Assembly (NCBI GenBank): GCA_001784475.1
Contig: MFRE01000009.1
Span: 36,585 to 89,377 of the forward strand
Direction of reading: 5' to 3'
Source of the DNA: Candidatus Magasanikbacteria bacterium RIFOXYD2_FULL_41_14
GTDB lineage: Bacteria; Patescibacteriota; Patescibacteriia; Magasanikbacterales; GWA2-37-8
Length of the DNA: 52,793 nucleotides
Positions within the stretch are counted from its first letter, which is position 1. The number at the start of each line of letters is the position of its first letter. Below, one piece after another: positions 1 to 7,747 of the stretch. The notes under the pieces were generated by a model. The model was not told the origin of the DNA. It was given only the letters and a program-made list of their open reading frames with translations, and searched no databases. A program made the position numbers and the translations under genes.

Positions 1-225
1 CTGTAACTTTGAATTTTGCCACTTGAAACTTTGGTCAACTCGCGGTAAAATATCGGTGGCTAATGTAGGCGTGTCTACGGACGCGTCTCGCCTTTGTAAA
101 AGACTGCTTGCATCGTCCTTGGGTGAACGAATCATAAATTCAAGTCGCCACGTATTTATACAGCAACCGGCCGGTTGGCCGCTTGTCCTTGCCTCGGAAT
201 GGAAGATGCAAAAGAAGCCCGTTTG

Positions 226-339
226 TCCTCGGCTGGCAACCTCGTCAATGTTGGCAACTTCGACGCGGACGGCGCGAATGTCAACAACGACAGTCCGGAC
301 AACTCCAATGACAATCTCGGCGTTTCTTTCGCCCGAAGT
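226..339 (+). mobile_element. DGR template repeat (TR), approximate boundaries
   Basis: 38 in-frame codons read SSAGNLVNVGNFDADGANVNNDSPDNSNDNLGVSFARS, with 9 AAY and 5 GAC codons. 25 of the 26 adenines sit at codon positions 1-2. The peptide ends in a CLec-like 'N.G...AR' terminus and lies next to avd and a DGR-type RT. Confidence 0.85.
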
Positions 340-344
340 CTTTG

Positions 345-367
345 TCCCCCGATATTAAGTCGGGGGA
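345..367 (+). other. GC-rich hairpin just 3' of TR (TCCCCCGA-7nt-TCGGGGGA)
   Basis: Perfect 8-bp inverted repeat; the loop contains the avd stop codon on the opposite strand. Confidence 0.7.
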
Positions 368-744
368 TTTGTTTGTCCGCCGTTGGTTTTTTTAATCCAG
401 CCACCGAGCATCCGTCCGATTTCCACGAGCGCGGCTACCAAATTCAAATAGCTTTTTTCATTAATGGCACGGACATCAAAACAAAGGCGAATAATTGTTT
501 TGAGTATTTTTAGTTTAAGGTCAATTTTTTGCAATAATTCTAATCGGGCGGTGACGCGAGCGGCATTGGCGAAAAATAACATTTCTAAAATTTCAATAGT
601 CAGCCCCTCGCATTTTGCTCCCAGCGCGAAGCGGTCGCGTTTGGGCAGTCGCGTCGTTACGCCGTAAAGTTGTTTATAAAAATCATAGGTTTTATGGATA
701 ATAGAGATTTCCGTGCTATTGTCGCGGGGGGGGGTAGTAGTCAT
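355..744 (-). CDS. avd: DGR accessory variability determinant (Avd-like four-helix bundle protein)
   Basis: 129 aa, basic and helical, with 'LPKRDRFALG' and C-terminal 'EIGRMLGGWIK' typical of bAvd-like proteins; adjacent to the RT. Confidence 0.85.
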   Translation of the reverse strand: MTTTPPRDNSTEISIIHKTYDFYKQLYGVTTRLPKRDRFALGAKCEGLTIEILEMLFFANAARVTARLELLQKIDLKLKILKTIIRLCFDVRAINEKSYLNLVAALVEIGRMLGGWIKKTNGGQTNPPT

Positions 745-1704
745 AATTTATTTGATAAAATTATTTCCTTGCCTAATTTATTCCACGCTTGGCGCGAATT
801 TAAACGCGGCAAAATGAATAAAAGCGATGTTCAAAATTTTGCGTTAAATTTGGAGGATAATTTGTTTGATTTACATACTGATTTGCAGTCGGGGAATTAT
901 CGGCATTCACCTTACACGGATTTTTTCGTACGCGACCCTAAATTAAGACATATTTTTAAAGCCACGGTGCGCGACCGAGTACTACATCAGGCGGTCGTGT
1001 CAGCGCTTGAGCCGATATTTGATAATGGTTTTATCGCTAATTCGTATTCGTCGCGTTTGGGCAAAGGCACACATCGGGCGATATCGTGTCTGCGAAAAAA
1101 GGCCTGGCGGTTATCAAAAAATAATACTCGGACAGTGTGGATTTTACATGGCGATATTCGCCGATATTTTGATTCCGTTGACCATGAGATATTGTTGCGA
1201 TTAATTGAACGAAAAGTCGGTGATACTAATGTTTTAAATTTACTTACGGAAATTATCGGCAGTTATTCTACTGCCCCCGGCAAGGGCATCCCGCTCGGCA
1301 ATGTTACCAGCCAGTTATTTTCTAATATTTATTTAGACGAGTTTGATCAGTTTATCACAAGACATCTGGGGATTCAAGATTATATCCGCTATGCCGACGA
1401 TTTTGTCGTTATTAGTCGTAGCCAAATTTTTTTGGAAAGTATGATAACGCTTACGCGTAATTTTTTGAGCGAAAAATTAAAATTGGTTTTACATCCGGAT
1501 AAAATTGTTTTGCGCCGTTGGCACAGCGGGGTGGATTTTTTAGGGTATGTATTGTTTCCGCACCATAATATTTTGCGGACTAAAACTAAATGGCGGATGT
1601 TTAACAGAATAAATTCCAAAAATTTTATTTCTTATAGTGGGATGTTGAGACATTGTCGGTCGGCGCGTTTGCGCGCCGATTTATTACGAACGGTTGATTT
1701 ATAA
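694..1704 (+). CDS. DGR-type reverse transcriptase
   Basis: Motifs DRVLHQA, GKGTHRAI, DIRRYFDSVDH, GIPLGNVTSQ (DGR-typical GxxxSQ), YIRYADD and GVDFLGY. No maturase or HNH C-terminus. ATG 694 preferred over TTG 670. Confidence 0.92.
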   Translation: MDNRDFRAIVAGGGSSHNLFDKIISLPNLFHAWREFKRGKMNKSDVQNFALNLEDNLFDLHTDLQSGNYRHSPYTDFFVRDPKLRHIFKATVRDRVLHQAVVSALEPIFDNGFIANSYSSRLGKGTHRAISCLRKKAWRLSKNNTRTVWILHGDIRRYFDSVDHEILLRLIERKVGDTNVLNLLTEIIGSYSTAPGKGIPLGNVTSQLFSNIYLDEFDQFITRHLGIQDYIRYADDFVVISRSQIFLESMITLTRNFLSEKLKLVLHPDKIVLRRWHSGVDFLGYVLFPHHNILRTKTKWRMFNRINSKNFISYSGMLRHCRSARLRADLLRTVDL

Positions 1705-1763
1705 TTTAGTTTAAGTTATAATTACTCTGTTGTTTGGTATTTTTATCTATTCGTTATCATCTT

Positions 1764-2306
1764 ATGCTTATTTCTCAACTAGAATCAATCCTATTTGTCG
1801 CCTCCAAACCTTTGGCCCTAAAAAAATTAGCCAAGGTTTTAAATGTTTCGGGCGAAGATGTGGCGACGGCTTTGGCTGATTTGCGCGCGAAACACAACAC
1901 ACCTGAATCCGGTATCACGATTATTGAAAATAACGATGAATATCAAATGGTGGCTAATCCTGATAACCAAACGGTAGCGGAAAATTTTATCAAGGCCGAA
2001 GTGTCGGGGGAATTAACCCGTCCGCAGTTGGAAACTTTGACCGTAATTTCGTATTGCGGGCCGATTACCAAGCCGGAATTGGAACAAATTCGTGGGGTGA
2101 ACTGTGCTTTGATTTTGCGAAATTTAATGATGCGTGGGTTAGTAAAAGAACAAGATAGTTCTACTAATTTATTACCGACTTACGAAGTGACGATGGATTA
2201 TTTGCGCCATTTGGGATTAAATGCGTTGACTGATTTACCAGATTACGCGACTTTGCATAATCATGAATTTGTAGCGACTGCCTTAGAAGTGAAAACAGAA
2301 AATTAA
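1764..2306 (+). CDS. scpB: SMC-Scp complex subunit ScpB
   Basis: LESILF..., LETLTVISY..PITK.ELEQIRGVN motifs; ATG 1764 chosen as start. Confidence 0.93.
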   Translation: MLISQLESILFVASKPLALKKLAKVLNVSGEDVATALADLRAKHNTPESGITIIENNDEYQMVANPDNQTVAENFIKAEVSGELTRPQLETLTVISYCGPITKPELEQIRGVNCALILRNLMMRGLVKEQDSSTNLLPTYEVTMDYLRHLGLNALTDLPDYATLHNHEFVATALEVKTEN

Positions 2307-2308
2307 TT

Positions 2309-3349
2309 ATGACTGAAGAAAAACAAAAATCAATTAAAGATTTTTTCTTATCTTTTAGCATTATGCTTTGTGGGGTGGGTTTGCTTTTTATTGGCTCGGT
2401 TTCGTTTGTGCCTACCTCAACGATAACTTCAAATACAGTGGCAACTTTCCCACAATCCGCTCCCCGCCAGAACTTGCTTGTTGGTGGTGACGTTACTCCG
2501 ACGGTATTGCCAGTGAGCCACCCCCTTGTGCCACTAGCTAAATTAGATAAGAAAGAATTTGAACAGCCACTTACAGCCGCGGCTGCATTAGTTGTTGATA
2601 ATCATACTGATACTGAATTATTTTCTCAAAACGCCGATGTTGCGCGTCCGCTTGCAAGCATTACCAAATTGATGAGCATGTTAGTAATCTTGGAACGGAG
2701 ATTAGATTGGAACGCGAAAACTACTATTACAGCTGATGAGATTGAGGGTAGTCATATTGTGGAAGCGGACGAAGTTTATACCGCGGAGGAATTATGGAAT
2801 TTGGCTTTGGTCGGATCAGCCAATGGTGCAGTTAATGCTTTAGTCCGATTAAGCAGTTACACCAGATCCGAATTTGTGGCCCGGATGAATACTAAAGCCA
2901 AAATTTGGCGTTTGGATTCAATGAACTTTGTGGAGCCGACCGGTTTGGATAGTGGTAATGTGGGGAACACGCGCGATGTGGCGCGGTTGTTGAAATTTGC
3001 TTTGCGTGAAGATAAAATTTATAGAACTTTGCAAATACCGGAATATTACGCTCGTCCCGAAGGTGCGGCTAAAGCGCGTCGGGTGTGGAGCACTGACTGG
3101 TTATTAACTGGTTGGGTTCAAAATAAATTTGATACTGAACAGATGGCTGGTAAAACTGGATATATAACTGACTCTAACTATAATTTTACTGTTAAACTTG
3201 GCGATGCCGAAGGTCGTGCCGTGCGCGTGGTAATTTTGGGTGCCACTAACCACGAAGCTCGTTTCACAGAAGCGCGCGACTTAGCCGTTTGGGCGTTTGC
3301 CAATTTTTTGTGGCCGGAAGACTCCGGCTATGGCGAGTTGGTTGAATAA
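2309..3349 (+). CDS. D-alanyl-D-alanine carboxypeptidase (peptidase S11)
   Basis: N-terminal TM helix; ASITKLM (SxxK), SAN (SxN) and KTG motifs. Confidence 0.9.
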   Translation: MTEEKQKSIKDFFLSFSIMLCGVGLLFIGSVSFVPTSTITSNTVATFPQSAPRQNLLVGGDVTPTVLPVSHPLVPLAKLDKKEFEQPLTAAAALVVDNHTDTELFSQNADVARPLASITKLMSMLVILERRLDWNAKTTITADEIEGSHIVEADEVYTAEELWNLALVGSANGAVNALVRLSSYTRSEFVARMNTKAKIWRLDSMNFVEPTGLDSGNVGNTRDVARLLKFALREDKIYRTLQIPEYYARPEGAAKARRVWSTDWLLTGWVQNKFDTEQMAGKTGYITDSNYNFTVKLGDAEGRAVRVVILGATNHEARFTEARDLAVWAFANFLWPEDSGYGELVE

Positions 3350-3390
3350 GTGGTATAATATAGTAGTAATAAAAAATAACTTTAAAATAT

Positions 3391-3672
3391 ATGAGATTGA
3401 ACGGCGACGAAGAACTGGGATGGTCAGTTTTAGGTCAGCCAAATACTGAAAAGCCCACCAGAGAATTACTAAATCAGGTGGTGTCTGGGTTGGTGGCGGA
3501 CACGACCGGAGATAGCGGTGTTGCGCCGGCCGCGCAATTTATTGCCGCTCACAAAGAATTGTGGGGAGAATTTGAAAAGGCGGTAAGAGCGGATATGGTG
3601 GGCAAAGAGCGTGCGGCCCAGGCCTTGCTGGCGGCAGTACTGAAAAATGTTATGAAATCGCCAGAAAATTGA
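3391..3672 (+). CDS. Hypothetical protein
   Basis: 93-aa ATG ORF filling the gap, preceded by TGGTATAAT and an AT-rich leader. Confidence 0.6.
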   Translation: MRLNGDEELGWSVLGQPNTEKPTRELLNQVVSGLVADTTGDSGVAPAAQFIAAHKELWGEFEKAVRADMVGKERAAQALLAAVLKNVMKSPEN

Positions 3673-3682
3673 CAGTTATTTT

Positions 3683-4846
3683 ATGCACTTGCGCAAAATT
3701 ATTGAAATAAAAAATTTAAAAGGCAAGCGCATTTTAGTGCGAGTTGATTTTAATGTACCGGTTGAAAAAGGAAAAATAAAAAATGATTTTAAAATAATTA
3801 AGAGTTTGCCGACGATAAATTACTTGCTAGATAAAGGTGCATCGGTAATTTTGGTATCACATTTGGGTAGGCCAAATGGTGTGGTTGATCAATCTTTATC
3901 TTTGCGACCGATCGCCAAAGTGTTGTCTTCATTTTTGAACAAAGAAGTGAAGCTAAAATCTTTGAAGGAATTACAACAGAAACCTAGTAATGAAAAAATT
4001 GTCTTGCTGGAGAATATCCGATTTTTTCCAGGTGAAGAAAAAAATGACATTGCATTTACAAAAGAGCTGTCCAAATTGGCCGAGATTTTTGTATCAGAGT
4101 GTTTTGCGGTCGCGCATCGCAGTAGCGCGTCAGTTACTGGATTGGCGAAATATTTACCAACTTATGCCGGTTTACTTATGGCCGAAGAGGTTGAGGGAAT
4201 TGAGCGGGCGGTTAGTAAGCCCAAAAAACCACTGGTAGTAATTTTGGGTGGTATTAAAACCGAAACAAAAATTCCAGTTCTGAAAAATTTTTTAACCAAA
4301 GCTGATTATATTTTGGTGGGCGGGGGGATTGCCAGTACTTATTTTGCTGGTAAGGGATATGGTTTAGGTGTATCGCTACTTGATAAAGATTATGTTGGTT
4401 TAATGAAGCGCTTGGGCGTGAACAAAAAAGTGATAATGCCAGTTGACGCGGTAGTGGGGCAGATAAATGGGGCTGGGGCACGCTTGGTGTCGCTTGCAAA
4501 GCCACTTAAATTAGCTAAAAACGAGGGGATTTTTGATGTTGGTCCGGCCACAGTAAGACTTTTTGCCAGCTATATTAAAAAAGCGCGGACTCTAGTTTGG
4601 AATGGGGCGATGGGAAAATTTGAACAGCACCCCTATGAGTATGGCACTTATTCGTTAGCGCGATTGTTTGCCGCGCGCAGTAAAGGCAAGTCGTTTGGCG
4701 TTGCTGGCGGTGGAGAAACCGTAGAAATTTTGGAAAAATTAAAAGTCGCGGGTGATGTTGATTTGGTATCAACTGGCGGGGGAGCGATGCTGGAATATCT
4801 TTCGGGAAAAATTTTGCCAGGAGTTAAAATTTTAAAAAAAAATTAA
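3683..4846 (+). CDS. pgk: Phosphoglycerate kinase
   Basis: RVDFNVP, SHLGRP, LLENIRF, WNGAMG.FE and VSTGGGA motifs. Confidence 0.97.
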   Translation: MHLRKIIEIKNLKGKRILVRVDFNVPVEKGKIKNDFKIIKSLPTINYLLDKGASVILVSHLGRPNGVVDQSLSLRPIAKVLSSFLNKEVKLKSLKELQQKPSNEKIVLLENIRFFPGEEKNDIAFTKELSKLAEIFVSECFAVAHRSSASVTGLAKYLPTYAGLLMAEEVEGIERAVSKPKKPLVVILGGIKTETKIPVLKNFLTKADYILVGGGIASTYFAGKGYGLGVSLLDKDYVGLMKRLGVNKKVIMPVDAVVGQINGAGARLVSLAKPLKLAKNEGIFDVGPATVRLFASYIKKARTLVWNGAMGKFEQHPYEYGTYSLARLFAARSKGKSFGVAGGGETVEILEKLKVAGDVDLVSTGGGAMLEYLSGKILPGVKILKKN

Positions 4847-4896
4847 TTATTAATAACAAACCCGCTGTAAACCGGCGGATTGTTGGAGGAAAAAAT

Positions 4897-5727
4897 ATGC
4901 CGAGTAATTTAATAAAAGAGCAAAAAAATGATAGCGCTGTTTCTACTTGTTGTGGCCAGTCAACTGTTTGGGGATATGATTTTGGTAAGAAAATATTGTG
5001 GACTTTTGCTGGGGTACTATTGGTGTACGCGATTTTTTGGCTGGGGACAATGGTGCGCAACAATATTAGGCAGTATGATTACATTGGACTGTCGCCCAAG
5101 AACGAGCGGATGATTACAATCAACGGTTATGGCAAGGTTAATAGCAACAATGATATTGCTGTTACAACGATTGGTTATTCAAACACTGATAAGGATGTAT
5201 CCAAAGCGCAGGCAGATAATAAAATTGTAATGGACCAGGTTTTAGCGGAATTAAAAACTATGGGAGTAGCGGATAAAGATTTACAAAGCAATTACACTAT
5301 TTATCCGGATTATAATTATACCCAAGACAAAGGCCAAGTATTGCAGGGTTATCGGGTTTCCAACCAATTGAACGTAAAAATTCGCGACCTAGACAAAGTG
5401 AGCGCAGTTTTGGGTTTGGCCGGTAAATACGGTGCTACCGAAGTTTCAGGTTTGACATTTACAATTGATGATCCTGAGAATTTGAAAGATGAAGCCCGAA
5501 TCAAAGCTCTGGCCGATGCTAAGAGCAAGGCCTTGCAATTGGCGCAAACTTTAAATGTCCGTTTGGGTGGCGTAGTATCATTTTCCGAATGGGATGCCAC
5601 AAACGGTGGTCCTTATCCGGTTTACAGCGCAATGGGAGCGGAGAAAGGTGGCGGTGAGCCGGGAGTTGCTTCTGGGAGCCAGGATGTCGGTATGAATGTT
5701 AGTGTAACTTACGAGATTTTGCAGTAA
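4897..5727 (+). CDS. SIMPL (DUF541) domain protein
   Basis: N-terminal TM helix; 'I.P.YNY....GY.VSNQL.VKIRDL', 'AL.DAK.KA..LA..L' and C-terminal VSVTYEI. Confidence 0.88.
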   Translation: MPSNLIKEQKNDSAVSTCCGQSTVWGYDFGKKILWTFAGVLLVYAIFWLGTMVRNNIRQYDYIGLSPKNERMITINGYGKVNSNNDIAVTTIGYSNTDKDVSKAQADNKIVMDQVLAELKTMGVADKDLQSNYTIYPDYNYTQDKGQVLQGYRVSNQLNVKIRDLDKVSAVLGLAGKYGATEVSGLTFTIDDPENLKDEARIKALADAKSKALQLAQTLNVRLGGVVSFSEWDATNGGPYPVYSAMGAEKGGGEPGVASGSQDVGMNVSVTYEILQ

Positions 5728-5751
5728 GATCGCTATTTAAGTAGTTTTTTT

Positions 5752-5779
5752 AAAAATCCGCCAAAGTTGGCGGGTTTTT
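5752..5779 (+). terminator. Intrinsic terminator
   Basis: AAAAATCCGCCA-AAGT-TGGCGGGTTTTT stem-loop with T tract after the SIMPL gene. Confidence 0.75.
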
Positions 5780-5828
5780 GGTCTGTTTGTATGTCTTTGA
5801 ATTGGCTAAAATAAGCCAAAATAATATT

Positions 5829-5837
5829 TTATCCACA
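5829..5837 (+). promoter_or_regulatory. DnaA-box consensus TTATCCACA
   Basis: Exact 9-mer consensus 10 bp upstream of a -35 element; function not shown. Confidence 0.45.
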
Positions 5838-5847
5838 GGGGGGGGTC

Positions 5848-5876
5848 TTGACAAAACCCCTAAAATGTGCTATAAT
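5848..5876 (+). promoter_or_regulatory. Consensus sigma70 promoter
   Basis: TTGACA (5848-5853), 17 bp spacer, TATAAT (5871-5876). Confidence 0.88.
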
Positions 5877-6003
5877 GGCCAGTTCTGAAAAAATGGAAAT
5901 TTATTTACATTTTTGAGGAACGCCGCCATTTCAAGCGCCACTTATAATGGCCAGTTCTGAAAAAATGGAAATTTATTTACATTTTTGAGGAACGCCGCCA
6001 TTT
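5871..6003 (+). repeat. 61-bp exact direct repeat (5871-5931 and 5943-6003)
   Basis: TATAATGGCCAGTTCTG...GGAACGCCGCCATTT occurs twice, separated by the 11 nt CAAGCGCCACT. Confidence 0.92.
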
Positions 6004-6435
6004 TGAATATATTTGTTCTTTGTAAAATTGGTGACTGGCGTGTCTTTTACTGGAAGCGTGTAAACGTTTCTAATAAAAGGCGCGTTAGTTGCCTAAAATC
6101 TCTGCGGGCACAGCCCGCGGAGTTAATCCCGAGCCTCTCTTAGGCTCGGGATAATGCGCCGAATCGCGGCGCTTTGGGGCCGGGGTTTATCCCCGGCATT
6201 GCAGGGGGCCACCCTCGGTAGGGTGGTTGCTGAGTCGCTCTGCAGAGCGACGAAAGTATGGGGACAGAAGGGCCCCCCACCCGAAAAATTTGCCAAGAGT
6301 CCGAACGCGCGTGATGCTCACGCGCGTTCGGGCGACGGAGGGGAGGTGTTGCTTGAGGTGCTGTTGCCTCATGTACACCCCCCTCCGCCCTCTTTCCTCC
6401 CATATATTTTAAAGCGCCTATAGGCGCCTTTTTTT
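5880..6435 (+). ncRNA. Putative large structured ncRNA, family unassigned
   Basis: GC-rich island with at least 9 consecutive hairpins, G-U pairs favouring the + strand, a consensus promoter, a 3' terminator and no credible ORF. Confidence 0.7.
6411..6435 (+). terminator. Intrinsic terminator closing the structured RNA
   Basis: AAAGCGCC-TATA-GGCGCC followed by TTTTTTT. Confidence 0.7.
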
Positions 6436-6482
6436 ATTTTCAAAAAGATGTTATAATACCTCAAACTTTATAATCATTAATT

Positions 6483-7730
6483 ATGAAAATTAAGCAAATT
6501 TTGGCTCGGGAAATTTTGGACTCACGCGGTAATCCTACAGTTGAAGCTAAAGTAATTTTGGTAAATGGCATAGTTGCGGTCGCAAAAGCGCCATCGGGCG
6601 CATCTACTGGCTCACACGAGGCACGTGAACTCCGCGATGGTGGTAAGCGTTATGGTGGTAAAGGCGTTTTGTGGGCTGTAAAAAATGTCAATTCTATTAT
6701 TGCCAAGAAATTGGTTGGTTTTGATGTGGAAGATTTGGTCGCTTTGGATCAAATGATGATAAATCTGGATGGCACTAAAAATAAATCTAATTTGGGCGCA
6801 AATGCCACGACCGCGGTATCAATGGCCTTGGCCCGCGTTGGCGCGGCTGCGAATCGCCAGCCACTTTATTTATATTTACGCAAAACTTTTGGTTTGAAAG
6901 AAAAAGAGTATCGTTTGCCCACGCCGATGATGAATATTTTAAATGGGGGACGACATGCGGACAACGGTCTTTCGGTGCAGGAATTTATGATTGTGCCTAA
7001 GAATAAACTTTTTCGGGAGCAAGTACGCATGGGTTCACAGGTATTTCATGCTTTAGAAAATATTTTGGCGCAGAAGGGATACTCAGTTGCTGTTGGCGAC
7101 GAAGGTGGATTTGCTCCGCAGTTATTAAATAATGAGCGCGCTTTGCAGGTAATTGTTGAAGCGATTAAATATACTGGCTGGGTGCCGGGTAAGCAAATAT
7201 TTTTAGGAGTTGATGTCGCCTCTTCTGAATTTTATCATAAAGATAGTTATTATTTTGTCAGCAAAAAACAGGGCTGGCGCGCGGATAAAATGATTACCAC
7301 TTATGCCACTTGGCTTAAAAAATACCCATTAATTTTGATTGAGGACGGTTTAGCGGAAGATGATTGGGCAAATTGGCAGATTATGACTAAAGAGTTGGGT
7401 AAAAAATCACTGCTTATAGGTGATGATTTATTTACCACTAATGTTAATCGTTTAGAGCGGGGGGTAAAAGAAAAAGTAGCTAATGCGATTTTAATTAAAC
7501 CAAATCAGATTGGTACTTTGACTGAAACAATGCAGACGATTAATTTGGCCAAGAAGTCTGGGTATCAAGTGGTAATATCACATCGTAGCGGGGAGACCGC
7601 CGACACCTTTATTGCAGATTTAGCCGTTGCTGTTAATGCCGACTTTATCAAAACCGGTTCGCTGTCGCGATCCGAACGAGTGGAAAAATACAATCGGTTG
7701 ATGGAAATTGAATTGGAACTGGGACGGTAA
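6483..7730 (+). CDS. eno: Enolase
   Basis: EILDSRGNPTVE, PSGASTG, GDEGGFAP, SHRSGET and KTGSLSRSER motifs. Confidence 0.98.
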   Translation: MKIKQILAREILDSRGNPTVEAKVILVNGIVAVAKAPSGASTGSHEARELRDGGKRYGGKGVLWAVKNVNSIIAKKLVGFDVEDLVALDQMMINLDGTKNKSNLGANATTAVSMALARVGAAANRQPLYLYLRKTFGLKEKEYRLPTPMMNILNGGRHADNGLSVQEFMIVPKNKLFREQVRMGSQVFHALENILAQKGYSVAVGDEGGFAPQLLNNERALQVIVEAIKYTGWVPGKQIFLGVDVASSEFYHKDSYYFVSKKQGWRADKMITTYATWLKKYPLILIEDGLAEDDWANWQIMTKELGKKSLLIGDDLFTTNVNRLERGVKEKVANAILIKPNQIGTLTETMQTINLAKKSGYQVVISHRSGETADTFIADLAVAVNADFIKTGSLSRSERVEKYNRLMEIELELGR

Positions 7731-7747
7731 ATTATATTTAAATTATT

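Noticed and set aside
175..513. 112-aa ORF spanning the TR as a real gene (the DGR target)
   Set aside because: TTG start, Asn-rich TR translation, and its 3' half is antisense to avd. An open frame is expected for a TR; a VR would have lost the AAY codons.
694..1704. Group II intron or retron RT
   Set aside because: GxxxSQ motif, short length, no domain X/HNH or VTG motif, and an adjacent TR and Avd all point to a DGR.
5829..5837. Replication origin
   Set aside because: Single DnaA box, no box cluster, no dnaA/dnaN and no change in gene strand bias.
5871..6003. CRISPR array
   Set aside because: Only two 61-bp units with an 11-nt spacer and no cas genes.
6227..6256. Hammerhead ribozyme (TTGCTGA-stem-GAAA)
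   Set aside because: The core deviates from CUGANGA and I cannot place a proper stem III with an NUH cleavage site; a cleavage assay would settle it.
6140..6423. Four overlapping short ORFs on both strands
   Set aside because: By-products of a GC-rich palindromic region with few stop codons; no protein-like features.
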